Both the position numbers and the translations under genes were made by a program. This document shows, one piece after another, positions 44,394 to 51,639 of a stretch of 51,639 nucleotides of DNA; within the stretch, counting starts at the first letter, position 1; each line of letters begins with the position of its first letter. The DNA comes from Candidatus Aminicenantes bacterium (lineage in GTDB: Bacteria; Acidobacteriota; Aminicenantia; Aminicenantales; Saccharicenantaceae), in the NCBI GenBank assembly GCA_017883305.1, contig JADGNU010000002.1, forward strand, positions 1 through 51,639, given 5' to 3'. Under the pieces are notes generated by a model. The model was not told the origin of the DNA. It saw only the letters and a list, made by a program, of their open reading frames with translations, and ran no database searches.

Positions 44394-45035
44394 ATGATCA
44401 GGATCATCAGCGGCATCTACAAGGGGCGACGGCTCAAGCTCGTGCCCAGCACCTCGGTCCGGCCGATGCAGGACAAGGTCAAGGGCGCGCTCTTCAACAT
44501 CATCGGCGACAGGCTCCTCGGCCGCGTCTGCCTCGACGGCTTCGCGGGAACGGGCTCGGTCGGCCTCGAGGCCTTGAGCCGGGGGGCCGCTCAATGCGTC
44601 TTCGTCGACGAGTTCTACCCCTCGGTCAAGGTCATCAAGCTGAACATCGCCAAGTGCGGGGCCGAGGAGAAGTCGGTCGTTATCCACAAGGAGTTCAACC
44701 GGGCCGTCATCGATCTGGCCAAGCAGGGCGTCCGCTTCGACGTTATTTTCCTCGATCCGCCGTACCGGCTCCTCGAGGAACGGAACCCTCTCAAGGTCAT
44801 CCGCAAGCGCGGCCTGCTCAAGCCGGACGGACTCATCGTCCTCCGCCATTACTTCAAGATCAAGCCGAAACTCGGCGACTTCAAGCTCGAGCGCCGGGTG
44901 AAGCTCGGCGACGACGTCCTGGCCCTGTTCTCGCCCCTGCCTCCAGAGGGTGACGCGGCCGCGGACACGACCGCCCCCCATCCGCCGAAACGGGGCTTGC
45001 CCGCGGTGCCGCGTTCCCTTAAAATGGGGTCATGA
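44394..45035 (+). CDS. rsmD: 16S rRNA (guanine966-N2)-methyltransferase RsmD
   Basis: MIRIISGIYKGRRLK...RPMQDKVKGALFNII, the SAM motif DGFAGTGSVGLEALSRGA, and FLDPPY. A Pro-rich C-terminal tail of about 30 aa is atypical. Confidence 0.85.
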   Translation: MIRIISGIYKGRRLKLVPSTSVRPMQDKVKGALFNIIGDRLLGRVCLDGFAGTGSVGLEALSRGAAQCVFVDEFYPSVKVIKLNIAKCGAEEKSVVIHKEFNRAVIDLAKQGVRFDVIFLDPPYRLLEERNPLKVIRKRGLLKPDGLIVLRHYFKIKPKLGDFKLERRVKLGDDVLALFSPLPPEGDAAADTTAPHPPKRGLPAVPRSLKMGS

Positions 45036-45904
45036 AAAAGGCCGGGGGCGCGACGGATCCGTTCTGGAAAGAGGCTCCTCTCGTCGACGAGAGCGAGATC
45101 TTCTCCGAGCTCCACGTCAAGCGGGGCAGCTCCCTGTTCCTCGGGCGCTATTCCGCCAACGAGGTCATGGCCGTCCTCAACAAGAAGGGCTTCCTCAAGG
45201 AGGCCCGCCAGCGCTTTCTCTGGCCGCTCGCCTATGAGCTCGATTCGTCCGACTACCCGCTCCAGAGGCTGCAGATCTTCCTGCGCGAGCCCGACCCGGA
45301 GAACGTCATCGTGGACGTCAAGGTCAAGGAATGCGAATTCGTCCCCAAGACGACCGTCGAGGGCCTGCCGGTCCTGCCGCCGCAGAAGGCCCTGGCCTTC
45401 GAGTGGCTGACCCTCCAGAACCCGCTGGCCAAGCGGGGCGAGCCGTTTTCGCCGCTCCCGGGCCAGACCCGCCCCGGCCTGAGCATGCGCTCGAAGATCA
45501 TGGACCTGTTCGCCTACCTCGGCCGCCTGACCCGCAAGGACTGCCTGCTGGCCTTTCCGGCCTATTTCCACAACGGCGTCCTCTTCTCCCGCTATTTCCA
45601 CTTCTGGAACCCGCGCAAGGAAGCCGAGGTCCTGGCCATCCGCCGCGAGTTCAACCACATGCCCTTCCGCCAGCTGGCCTGGGTCGTTCACCTGGACTGT
45701 CTCAGGCGGGCCGACGGCTCCGTCTACGAATGGCAGGCCGAGGAGCAGCTCTATCCGTTCACCCGGCCCCTCGAGGATTATTTCGATTCCCGTCGCTATA
45801 GGGAGATCGTGAAAACGGGGCTCAAAACCCTGAAATTCACGGTCGACAGGGACGAATTCGAGCGCAAGTCGCAGGACATCCCCACGCTTTGCGGCGGCGC
45901 CTAG
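45032..45904 (+). CDS. conserved-looking hypothetical protein (290 aa), translationally coupled to rsmD
   Basis: ATGA overlap with rsmD. The composition is protein-like and rich in aromatics (FPAYFHNGVLFSRYFHFWNPRKE). I recognised no family. Confidence 0.6.
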   Translation: MKKAGGATDPFWKEAPLVDESEIFSELHVKRGSSLFLGRYSANEVMAVLNKKGFLKEARQRFLWPLAYELDSSDYPLQRLQIFLREPDPENVIVDVKVKECEFVPKTTVEGLPVLPPQKALAFEWLTLQNPLAKRGEPFSPLPGQTRPGLSMRSKIMDLFAYLGRLTRKDCLLAFPAYFHNGVLFSRYFHFWNPRKEAEVLAIRREFNHMPFRQLAWVVHLDCLRRADGSVYEWQAEEQLYPFTRPLEDYFDSRRYREIVKTGLKTLKFTVDRDEFERKSQDIPTLCGGA

Positions 45905-45917
45905 ATTCTGCTATAAT
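45889..45917 (+). promoter_or_regulatory. sigma70-type promoter (TTGCGG-17-TATAAT) for rpmE-prfA-prmC
   Basis: The -35 is at 45889-45894 and the -10 at 45912-45917. The RBS aaggaga precedes the ATG at 45941. Confidence 0.5.
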
Positions 45918-45940
45918 ACCGCGCTCAAGGAGATCGTTCC

Positions 45941-46228
45941 ATGAAGAAAGACGTCCATCCCGAATACCAGGAATGCCTCGTGACCTGCGCCTGCGGCAGC
46001 ACGTTCCAGACGAGGTCGACGAAGAAAGAGATCCGGGTCGAGATCTGCTCCCAGTGCCACCCCTTCTTCACCGGCAAGCAGAAGTTCATCGATAGCGCCG
46101 GCCGCGTCGAGAAGTTCAAAAAGAAATTCGGCGACGCCAAGGACATCAAGGCGGCCAAGGATGCCCGGGCGGCCCGGATGGCCCGGGACGTCAAGAGCCT
46201 GGCCAAGAAGAAAAAATCGTCTCGATGA
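45941..46228 (+). CDS. rpmE: 50S ribosomal protein L31 (zinc-binding type A, with a Lys-rich C-terminal extension)
   Basis: MKKDVHPEY...CACGSTF...[13 protein letters not shown]...[11 protein letters not shown]. Confidence 0.9.
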   Translation: MKKDVHPEYQECLVTCACGSTFQTRSTKKEIRVEICSQCHPFFTGKQKFIDSAGRVEKFKKKFGDAKDIKAAKDARAARMARDVKSLAKKKKSSR

Positions 46229-47328
46229 TCTCGGAACTCCAGGCGATCGAGGACAAGTACCGTCATCTGACCGCAGCCCTTTCCGACCCCGCGATCGCCG
46301 CCAACCCCCAGAAGATCCGTGAGCTGGCCAAGGAACGGGCCGAGCTCGAGCCCGTGTTCCGGAAATACCAGGAGTGGAAGCGCGTCCGCAAGGACTGTGA
46401 AGAGGCCCGGGCCCTCCAGGCCGATCCCTCGACCGACCCCGAGCTCAAGCGCATGGCCGAGGTCGAGACCGAGACGCTCGACGCCAAGGAGAACGCCCTG
46501 GCCGGCGAGCTCCGGACGATGCTCATCCCCAAGGACCCCTACGACGAGAAGGACGCCATCCTCGAGATCCGCGCCGGGGCCGGAGGGGACGAAGCGTCCC
46601 TGTTCGCGCAGGACCTGTTCCGGATGTATTCCCGGTTCGCCGAGAAGAAGGGCTGGAAGTTTGAGGTCCTGGACACGAGCCTGTCGTCCGTCGGCGGGAT
46701 CAAGGAAGCGATCGGCGAGATCCGGGGCAAAGGCGCTTACGCGCTCCTCAAGTATGAGAGCGGCGTCCATCGCGTCCAGCGCGTGCCCAAGACCGAGGCC
46801 TCCGGCCGCATCCACACCTCGACCGCGACCGTGGCCGTCCTGCCGGAAGCCGAGGAGATCGATCTGAAGCTCGACCCCAAGGACCTCAAGATCGAAGCCT
46901 TCGGCTCGTCCGGGCCGGGCGGCCAGAACGTCAACCGGAACTACACCGCGATCCGCGTCACCCACAAGCCGTCGGGGCTCGTCGTGTCCTGCCAGGACGA
47001 AAAATCCCAGCACCGGAACAAGGAGAAAGCCCTCCGGGTCCTGCGCTCGCGGCTCATGGACATCGCCCAGCACGAGCAGCAGGCGAAGATCGCCGACAAC
47101 CGCCGCTCCCAGGTCGGGACGGGGGACCGGAGCGAGAAGATCCGGACGTACAATTTTCCCCAATCCCGGATCACCGACCACCGGCTGAACGAGAACTTCC
47201 ACAACATGGAGGGTTTCCTGGACGGGGACCTCGACGAGATCCTGGACCATCTCGTCCGCCAGGCCCAAGCCCGGGCCCTGGGCGAGACCCTGCGCGAAGC
47301 CGGCCAGGCCAAGGACGTTGGAAGCTAA
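46225..47328 (+). CDS. prfA: peptide chain release factor 1
   Basis: The RF1-type tripeptide region is [15 protein letters not shown] and the GGQ motif is SGPGGQNVN. There is no in-frame stop or frameshift site of the kind prfB would have. Confidence 0.9.
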   Translation: MISELQAIEDKYRHLTAALSDPAIAANPQKIRELAKERAELEPVFRKYQEWKRVRKDCEEARALQADPSTDPELKRMAEVETETLDAKENALAGELRTMLIPKDPYDEKDAILEIRAGAGGDEASLFAQDLFRMYSRFAEKKGWKFEVLDTSLSSVGGIKEAIGEIRGKGAYALLKYESGVHRVQRVPKTEASGRIHTSTATVAVLPEAEEIDLKLDPKDLKIEAFGSSGPGGQNVNRNYTAIRVTHKPSGLVVSCQDEKSQHRNKEKALRVLRSRLMDIAQHEQQAKIADNRRSQVGTGDRSEKIRTYNFPQSRITDHRLNENFHNMEGFLDGDLDEILDHLVRQAQARALGETLREAGQAKDVGS

Positions 47329-48166
47329 CACGACCCTCGCCGAGCTTTTCCGCCGCGGCGTCGTCCTTTTGGGCGACCGGCCCCAAGCCGTCCTCGAAGC
47401 GAAAGTCCTTTTGCTCCGCGCGGCGGCCATCTCCGAGGAGCGTTACCTCGCGGCCCCGGGTAGCCCCTGCCCGGCCAAGGCCGAGGCCTTTTTCGAGCGT
47501 CTCGTGGCGAAACGGCTCGACGGCGTGCCCCTGTCCCATCTCACCGGCACGAAAGAGTTCTGGTCCATCCCGTTCGAGGTGACGCTGTCCGTGCTCGCGC
47601 CGCGGCCCGAGACCGAAGGCCTGGTCGAGAAGGTCCTCGAGCTGTCGACACGCGAGAGCGAGACGATCCTCGACGTCGGCACGGGCAGCGGGTGCATCGC
47701 CATCGCCCTGGCCAAGGAGCTCCCCCGGGCCGAAATCCAGGCCGTCGATATCTCGGAGCGGGCCCTGCGCGTCGCCCGGCGGAACGCCGCCCGCCAGAAG
47801 GTGAGACACATCGAGTTCCGGAGAAGCGATCTGTTCTCGGCCTTCCGTGGCACGGGCCTCCGATTCGACTTCATCGTTTCGAACCCGCCTTACATCTCGC
47901 GGGCGGAGTGGGACGCCTTGGAGCCGGACGTGCGGGATTTCGAGCCGCGCCGCGCGCTCCTCGCCGGCGAATCCGGCCTCGAGACGATCGAACGCCTGGT
48001 CCGACGCTCCGGGACTTTCCTGAAACCTGGCGGCTACCTCGTCTTCGAGATCGGCGAGGGGCAGCGGGACAACGTGCTCGGCCTGTTCAGCCGGCGCTGG
48101 ACCGAGATCGAGACGGCCTGGGACCTGGCCGGCAAGCCTCGCGTCATCACGGCCCGCCGAGCTTGA
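47318..48166 (+). CDS. prmC: release-factor glutamine N5-methyltransferase PrmC (HemK)
   Basis: TTG start. SAM motif ILDVGTGSGCIAIALA and catalytic NPPY (IVSNPPYI). It lies downstream of prfA. Confidence 0.85.
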   Translation: MEANTTLAELFRRGVVLLGDRPQAVLEAKVLLLRAAAISEERYLAAPGSPCPAKAEAFFERLVAKRLDGVPLSHLTGTKEFWSIPFEVTLSVLAPRPETEGLVEKVLELSTRESETILDVGTGSGCIAIALAKELPRAEIQAVDISERALRVARRNAARQKVRHIEFRRSDLFSAFRGTGLRFDFIVSNPPYISRAEWDALEPDVRDFEPRRALLAGESGLETIERLVRRSGTFLKPGGYLVFEIGEGQRDNVLGLFSRRWTEIETAWDLAGKPRVITARRA

Positions 48167-48205
48167 TCCGCATGATGATCCCGGGACAGATTTATGGAGG
48201 CGGAC

Positions 48206-49240
48206 ATGAAGAATCATGATCGTTCAAGCAGGCTCGCCGCGGCGGCGGTCGCGACTTTGATCCTTCTGACGCTGACGGCACCTTCTGCTTCACCCCAAAG
48301 TCCCGCCGACGCCTTCGCCCAGCTCAAGCGCCTGGGCCGAGGCGTCAACATCCTCGGCTATGATCCCATCTGGAAGAATCCCAAGAAGGCCCGCTTCGAG
48401 GAAAAGCACGTCAAGCTCATCCGCGAGGCCGGTTTCCAGACGGTCCGCATCAACCTGCATGCCCTCCAGCTCATGGGCAAGTCTCCGGCCTACAAGCTGC
48501 CCGACGCCTGGCTCAAGACGCTCGACGGAGCGGTGGAGAACGCCCTGAGGAGCGGCCTCATGGTCATCCTCGATCTCCACAACTACAACGATGTGGCCAA
48601 GGACCCCGCCGCCTTTAGGCCGCGCCTGTTTGCGTACTGGAAGCAGATCTCGGAGCACTTCAAGGGCGCGCCGGAAGGCCTCGTCTTCGAGATCCTCAAT
48701 GAACCCAACGGCAAGCTCGACGGCCGGCTCTGGAACGTCTGGCTGGCGGAAGCCTTGGCCCTTATCCGGGAGACGAATCCAGCCCGGACGGTCGTCGTCG
48801 GGCCTCCGGAGTGGAACGGCATCGACCACCTGGATGAGCTGGTCCTGCCCGAGGCCGACCGCAACATCATTGTGACCGTCCACTATTACGAGCCCTTCCG
48901 CTTCACCCATCAGGGCGCGCCGTGGTCGCCGGAAACCGTCCGGTTCTCAGGGGTGACCTGGGGGAGTGCCGCGGAGATCAAGCGGCTCGAGGACGACTTC
49001 GACGGCGTCCAAGACTGGTCGGAGGCCAACGGCAGGCCGATTCTCCTCGGCGAATTCGGCGCCTACGACAAGGCCCCGATGGAGTCGCGCGTCCGCTGGA
49101 CGGCCGCGGTCGCCCGGGCGGCCGAAGCGCGAGGCTGGGCTTGGACCTACTGGCAGTTCGACTCGGATTTTATCGTCTACGATATCGATAAGGACCGCTG
49201 GGTGGAGCCCATCCTCAGGGCCCTCATTCCTCGATCCTGA
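48206..49240 (+). CDS. secreted GH5 family glycoside hydrolase (endo-beta-glucanase/mannanase-like)
   Basis: I chose the ATG at 48206 (ggagg lies 5 nt upstream). After a signal peptide come GVNILGY, the acid/base region FEILNEPN and the nucleophile region ILLGEFGA. Confidence 0.8.
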   Translation: MKNHDRSSRLAAAAVATLILLTLTAPSASPQSPADAFAQLKRLGRGVNILGYDPIWKNPKKARFEEKHVKLIREAGFQTVRINLHALQLMGKSPAYKLPDAWLKTLDGAVENALRSGLMVILDLHNYNDVAKDPAAFRPRLFAYWKQISEHFKGAPEGLVFEILNEPNGKLDGRLWNVWLAEALALIRETNPARTVVVGPPEWNGIDHLDELVLPEADRNIIVTVHYYEPFRFTHQGAPWSPETVRFSGVTWGSAAEIKRLEDDFDGVQDWSEANGRPILLGEFGAYDKAPMESRVRWTAAVARAAEARGWAWTYWQFDSDFIVYDIDKDRWVEPILRALIPRS

Positions 49241-51197
49241 ACTGGGTTTCGTAGAGGGAGGCGTACAGCCCGCCCTTGGCCAGAAGCTCCGCGTGCGTCC
49301 CCCGCTCGACGAGCCGCCCGGCCTCAAGCACAAGGATCATGTCGGCCGCCAGGATGGTGCTGAGGCGGTGGGCGATGACCAAGCTCGTCCGGTTCTTCAT
49401 GATCCGCTCGAGGGCATCCTGGATGAGCGCTTCGGACTGACTGTCGAGCGACGAGGTAGCCTCGTCGAGGACCAGGATGCGCGGGTTCTTGAGGATGACC
49501 CGGGCGATGGCGACGCGCTGCTTTTCGCCGCCCGAGAGGCGGTAGCCGCGGTTGCCGACGACGGTATCGTAACCTTCGGACAGGCCGGCGACGAAGTCGT
49601 GGATGTTGGCCGCCCGGCAGGCCGCCTCGATCTCTTCCTGCGTGGCCTCGGGCCGGGCATAGAGGAGATTGGCCCGGACGGTGTCGTTGAAGAGGAACGT
49701 CTCCTGGGTCACCATGCCGATCTGATCCGCCAGGGTGGCCAAGGTCAGGTCGCGCAGGTCGTGGCCGTCGATGCTGACCGTGCCTTCCGTCGGGTCGTAG
49801 AATCGAGGCAGCATGTAGGTGGCGGTCGTCTTTCCCGAACCGCTCGGGCCGACGAGCGCGGCCAGCTGGCCCGGCTTGATCTCGAAGGTGATGTCGCGAA
49901 GGGCCCAGGTCCGGCCCGCGGGGGCTTGAGGGGCCGGCGTTCCGTTCCCGTTCCGCGCCCCGGCCGTTTTCAGCTTCCCTCCCTCCTGAGACAGGGGAGG
50001 GGCGGTCATGGCGGGACTGCGGGGACCGCCGAAGCGGACGACATCGGCCAGGCCCGCGGCAGCGGCCTCCTCGGCGGCGTCGTCCGGCTGATAGCTGAAT
50101 GAGACCTTGTTGAAGCGAACGGTGCCCCGGACGGCTTTCAGGGTTTTCGCGTCCGGCCGCTCCGCGATCTCGAGAGGCAGGTCGAGGACCTCGAAGACCC
50201 GCTCGAAGCTGACGAGCGAGGTGGCCAGGTCCATGCGGGCGTTGGTCAGCGCCGAGAGCGGGCCGTAGAGCATCCCCAGATAGGACGTGAAGGCGACCAT
50301 GGTGCCGATGGTGAAGCCGGCGCCGCGCAGGACGAGCAGGCCGCCTCCCCAAAAGACGACGACCGTACCAACGGCGCTGATCAGGCTGACCGTGAGGAAG
50401 AACCAGCGCATCATGTAGGCTTGGCGCACGCCCGCCTGGCGCACGCTCTCAGCCCGGCCCCGGAACCGGGATACCTCGTCGGGCCCCCGGCCGAACAGCT
50501 TGACGAGAAGCGCTCCGCTGACGTTCAGGGTCTCGTCCATCATGGCGTTCATCTCGGCGTTGAGCGTCATTTGTTGGCGGACGATCTTCCGCAGCTTCTT
50601 TCCCAGGAGCCGCGCCGGGATGAGGAAGAGAGGCAGGACGGCGATGGCCAGCAGGGTCAGCCGCCATTCGAGCTTGAGCATGATCACCAGCGCGCTGACC
50701 AGCATGACGGAGTTGGTGAAGACGTCGACGATCGTCCCGCTGACCGCCCGCTGGGCGCCGATGACGTCGTTGTTCATCCGCGACATCAGCTCGCCCGTCT
50801 TGGTGTTGGTGAAAAACCGCAGCGACATGCGGTGCAGGTGATCGAAGAGCTCCGTTCTCAGGTCGCAAATGACCCCCTCGCCGACGGAGGAGCCGAGGTA
50901 GCGCTGGGCGACCCCGAGGAGCCCGTTGACGAGGGGCACGGCCAGCATGCCCAGCGCGAGCAGAGTCAGCCGATGCATGTCGCGCTGCGGCAGGGCCTGG
51001 TCGATCAGGTTCCGCACGAGAAGAGGCGGGAGGAGGCCGAGCAGGGTCACGACCAGGATCAGGGCCAGCATGGCCGCGATCCGCCCGAAGTACGGGCGGC
51101 CGTAGGCCATGGCGCGGCGCAGGAGCGCCCCGCTCAGCTGCGGACGGTCCTGTTTTTCGTCGTAGCGCAGAAAGGGGCGCCAGCCGGCGTTCGCCAT
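49224..51197 (-). CDS. ABC exporter, fused TMD-NBD (MsbA/lipid-A-exporter-like), with an atypical insert in the NBD
   Basis: Six TM helices are followed by Walker A GPSGSGKTT, signature LSGGEKQR and Walker B ILVLDEATS. About 60 extra residues lie between the first two NBD strands. Confidence 0.85.
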   Translation of the reverse strand: MANAGWRPFLRYDEKQDRPQLSGALLRRAMAYGRPYFGRIAAMLALILVVTLLGLLPPLLVRNLIDQALPQRDMHRLTLLALGMLAVPLVNGLLGVAQRYLGSSVGEGVICDLRTELFDHLHRMSLRFFTNTKTGELMSRMNNDVIGAQRAVSGTIVDVFTNSVMLVSALVIMLKLEWRLTLLAIAVLPLFLIPARLLGKKLRKIVRQQMTLNAEMNAMMDETLNVSGALLVKLFGRGPDEVSRFRGRAESVRQAGVRQAYMMRWFFLTVSLISAVGTVVVFWGGGLLVLRGAGFTIGTMVAFTSYLGMLYGPLSALTNARMDLATSLVSFERVFEVLDLPLEIAERPDAKTLKAVRGTVRFNKVSFSYQPDDAAEEAAAAGLADVVRFGGPRSPAMTAPPLSQEGGKLKTAGARNGNGTPAPQAPAGRTWALRDITFEIKPGQLAALVGPSGSGKTTATYMLPRFYDPTEGTVSIDGHDLRDLTLATLADQIGMVTQETFLFNDTVRANLLYARPEATQEEIEAACRAANIHDFVAGLSEGYDTVVGNRGYRLSGGEKQRVAIARVILKNPRILVLDEATSSLDSQSEALIQDALERIMKNRTSLVIAHRLSTILAADMILVLEAGRLVERGTHAELLAKGGLYASLYETQFRIEE

Positions 51198-51207
51198 CCC
51201 GCTTCCG

Positions 51208-51639
51208 CTACTTGACGATGTTGCCGTCGACGTCGATGACGGTCACCTCGGAAAAGCCGAGCTCGCGGATCTTGGGCTCGATCTGGGCCCGGTCGCCGAC
51301 GACGACCCAGATCACGGCCTCCGGGTGGACGACCTTTTTAGCCGCCTTGGCCAGGTCGTCGAGGGACAGCTTCTGGACGCGCCCGGAGTACTTCTGGAAA
51401 TAGTCGTCGGGCAGGCCGTAACGGACGATGTCGCCCAGGGAGGCCTGCACCGCGGCCATGGTCTCCCATTGGCCGGGCAACCCGAGGACCTTGCTGGCCT
51501 TGGCGTTCTGGAATTCGTCCTCGGTGATCGGCTTCTTGCCGATGATCCCGTCGAGCTCGGCCGCGATCTCGACGATGGTCTCTTTGGTCTTGTCCGACTG
51601 GACCGGCGCGAGGACGATAAAGGGGCGCTGCCCCTTGGC
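51208..51639 (-). CDS. M16 (pitrilysin/insulinase) family peptidase, C-terminal part only (5' end outside the window)
   Basis: Hand translation shows the frame is open up to nt 51639 (AKGQRPFIVLAPVQSDKTKETIVEI...). The C-terminal region LGLPGQWETMAAV...GLPDDYF...V.KLSLDDLAKAAKK...VVVGD is typical of M16 inactive-domain tails. The ORF-track start at 51480 is an internal TTG. Confidence 0.6.
   Translation of the reverse strand, partial: AKGQRPFIVLAPVQSDKTKETIVEIAAELDGIIGKKPITEDEFQNAKASKVLGLPGQWETMAAVQASLGDIVRYGLPDDYFQKYSGRVQKLSLDDLAKAAKKVVHPEAVIWVVVGDRAQIEPKIRELGFSEVTVIDVDGNIVK

Overview
This is a high-GC (about 65%), gene-dense window from a diderm bacterium with anaerobe-type metabolism. I could not place the lineage from sequence alone. 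I saw no rRNA, tRNA, CRISPR array, transposase or integrase.

Gene content, left to right:
- A hexaheme c-type cytochrome translationally coupled to an outer-membrane beta-barrel, which is cut by the window edge.
- An orphan 439-aa protein of unknown function.
- A phosphorolytic beta-glycan utilisation trio: a Na+/solute symporter, a GH94 phosphorylase and a GH130 phosphorylase.
- A housekeeping block: a TPR protein, a 2x[4Fe-4S] ferredoxin, an M50 site-2 protease, a zinc-ribbon membrane protein, hypF, queH, a coiled-coil membrane protein and a TlpA-like thioredoxin.
- A four-subunit 2-oxoacid:ferredoxin oxidoreductase operon (gamma-delta-alpha-beta).
- A YpfJ-like metallopeptidase.
- thiC with an overlapping Endo-IV-like TIM-barrel gene.
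- An exopolysaccharide locus of about 17 kb (22.7-40 kb) that uses the Wzx/Wzy pathway. It encodes Wzx, four glycosyltransferases, two Wzy/O-antigen-ligase-like proteins, a VanZ-sugar-transferase fusion, a geranylgeranyl-reductase-family flavoprotein, a beta-barrel OMP, Wza and a Wzc tyrosine kinase.
- An operon of poorly characterised genes: a CarboxypepD_reg-like membrane protein, an NTP_transf_5-like nucleotidyltransferase, an ABC-2 transporter, a secreted protein, rsmD and an unknown 290-aa protein.
- rpmE-prfA-prmC, a secreted GH5 glycanase, an MsbA-type ABC exporter and a partial M16 peptidase.

Signals that the gene calls do not explain:
1. Three long palindromic intergenic elements share the arms AAGAAGGGGTCAAACCTA / TAGGTTTGACCCCTTCTT but have unrelated, compensatory inner stems.
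2. A 96-nt four-hairpin structure closed by a 7-bp helix sits in the divergent thiC/wzx intergenic region. No canonical TPP riboswitch is recognisable there, and a plus-strand terminator precedes wzx.
3. The EPS locus contains unusual fusions and accessory enzymes.
4. The downstream operon of uncharacterised genes has no assigned function.

All functional calls rest on motif recognition by eye. No database search was run.
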